DNA from: Chloroflexota bacterium
GTDB lineage: Bacteria; Chloroflexota; Dormibacteria; CF-121
NCBI GenBank assembly: GCA_005881175.1
Contig: VBEN01000015.1
Coordinates: 1 to 57,037, forward strand
Length of the DNA: 57,037 nt
Reading direction: 5' to 3'
The notes under the pieces: generated by a model
Told to the model about the DNA's origin: nothing
The model's input: only the letters and a program-made list of their open reading frames with translations
Databases searched by the model: none
Translations under genes and position numbers: made by a program
Shown here: piece after piece, positions 56,098 to 57,037 of the stretch
How the letters are laid out: every line of letters begins with the position of its first letter
Numbering within the stretch: the stretch's first letter is position 1

Positions 56098-57037
56098 TGG
56101 AGCGTTTTGTCTATCCCTTCAGCGCGATTGTCGGGCAGGACAAGATGAAGCTCGCGCTCATCTTGAACGCCATCCATCCGGCCATTGGCGGTGTGCTGAT
56201 CCGCGGCGAGAAGGGCACGGGCAAGTCGACGGCGGTGCGTGCGCTGGCCCGACTGCTGCCGGAGCTCACGGTCGTCGCTGACTGTCCTTACCGATGCGAT
56301 CCGGACGCCCCTGAGGCCCTCTGCTCGGATTGTCAGGACCGGCTGGCTGGGGGTGAGACGCTTCCCCGAGGGCGCCGGCGGATGCGAGTCGTTGAGCTGC
56401 CGATCAATGCCTCGGAAGACCGGGTAGTTGGCGCCATCGACATCGAAGCCGCGATCAAGAGCGGCGAGCGCCGCTTCGAGCCGGGCGTGCTGGCGGAGGC
56501 GAATCGCAACATTCTGTATGTCGACGAAGTCAACCTGCTCGATGACCACCTGGTCGACGTCCTGCTCGATGCTGCAGCGATGGGGGTCAACGTGGTCGAA
56601 CGCGAGGGTATTTCGATCTGGCACCCGGCACGTTTCATCCTCGTAGGCACGATGAATCCTGAAGAAGGCGATCTACGGCCACAGCTGCTGGATCGATTTG
56701 GACTGACAGTGGACGTGGAGGGCATCAAGGACATCGGCCAGCGGGTCCAGATCGTTGAGCGCCGGGAGGAATGGGAATCCGATCCCGCATCATTCAGCCA
56801 GCGGTTCGCCGAAGAGGATGCGGAGATCGGGATCCGGATCGCGGAGGCGATCGTGCGCTTCCCCCACGTCGTGATGCCGGCCGGCATCCTCAGGGCGCTC
56901 GCGGAATTGAACGTCAGCCTCCAGGTTGACGGCCACCGGGCAGACCTGGTCGGCCGCAAAGCGTCCCAGGCGCTGGCCGCGTACCGCGGCATCGCGGAAG
57001 TCGGCGTTCCCGAAGTCAACGAGGTGGCGGACATGGT
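56097..57037 (+). CDS. chlI: ChlI/BchI-like AAA+ chelatase ATPase subunit (3'-truncated by the window edge)
   Basis: My own translation gives [26 protein letters not shown]. Canonical Walker A is GEKGTGKST (56205-56231) and Walker B is [13 protein letters not shown]. The start overlaps the chlD stop as TGATG. Confidence 0.85.
   Translation, partial: MERFVYPFSAIVGQDKMKLALILNAIHPAIGGVLIRGEKGTGKSTAVRALARLLPELTVVADCPYRCDPDAPEALCSDCQDRLAGGETLPRGRRRMRVVELPINASEDRVVGAIDIEAAIKSGERRFEPGVLAEANRNILYVDEVNLLDDHLVDVLLDAAAMGVNVVEREGISIWHPARFILVGTMNPEEGDLRPQLLDRFGLTVDVEGIKDIGQRVQIVERREEWESDPASFSQRFAEEDAEIGIRIAEAIVRFPHVVMPAGILRALAELNVSLQVDGHRADLVGRKASQALAAYRGIAEVGVPEVNEVADM

Noticed and set aside
54007-57037. 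Nucleotide similarity between the 5' parts of chlD and chlI as a mobile or repeat element
   Set aside because: The similarity follows the reading frame with many synonymous differences, which indicates paralogous AAA+ modules.
1-57037. CRISPR arrays, tRNA/rRNA genes, transposases, integrases and prophage genes
   Set aside because: I looked in all intergenic gaps over 60 nt and found none. The only exact repeat found is the 119-bp duplication.

Overview
This is a high-GC (by eye about 65%), gene-dense chromosomal window from an uncultured-type bacterium. The gene content looks Chloroflexota/Dormibacterota/Actinomycetota-like, but taxonomy cannot be fixed from sequence alone. I found no rRNA, tRNA, CRISPR array, transposase or integrase. 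In order, the window contains: Ku plus a LigD-type ligase-like gene; a three-subunit molybdenum hydroxylase in 2Fe-2S / Mo / FAD order; a secreted BNR (Asp-box) propeller protein; an orphan form-II CoxL-like Mo subunit plus an FAH hydrolase; SurE; a complete Rrf2-sufSUCBD-Rieske-DUF59 operon; an orphan CpaF ATPase; KorAB 2-oxoacid:ferredoxin oxidoreductase; two anchored secreted proteins; a 7Fe ferredoxin; a lactate/glycolate island (FMN oxidase, LctP permease, GlcDEF); a formyltransferase-like gene; IscA; a response regulator plus S1C protease; Hpt; a CPBP protease; a quinone module (LLM-MenA fusion, MenG/UbiE) followed by PgsA; a BMP-type ABC importer; PanE; PlsY; a histidine kinase; a thioesterase; an acyl-CoA dehydrogenase; and a ChlD/ChlI AAA+ chelatase pair that runs off the right edge. 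I did not find a clear-cut novel multi-gene system. The most unusual observations are: (1) a perfect 119-bp tandem duplication that frameshifts the formyltransferase-like gene; (2) a Ku-adjacent ligase lacking the motif I catalytic lysine and both motif V lysines; (3) a single ORF fusing a luciferase-like oxidoreductase to a MenA-type prenyltransferase; (4) a 4-hydroxybenzoyl-CoA-reductase-like 4-Cys insertion in the FAD subunit; and (5) several independently inactivated genes. Many long antisense ORFs in the track are high-GC artefacts.
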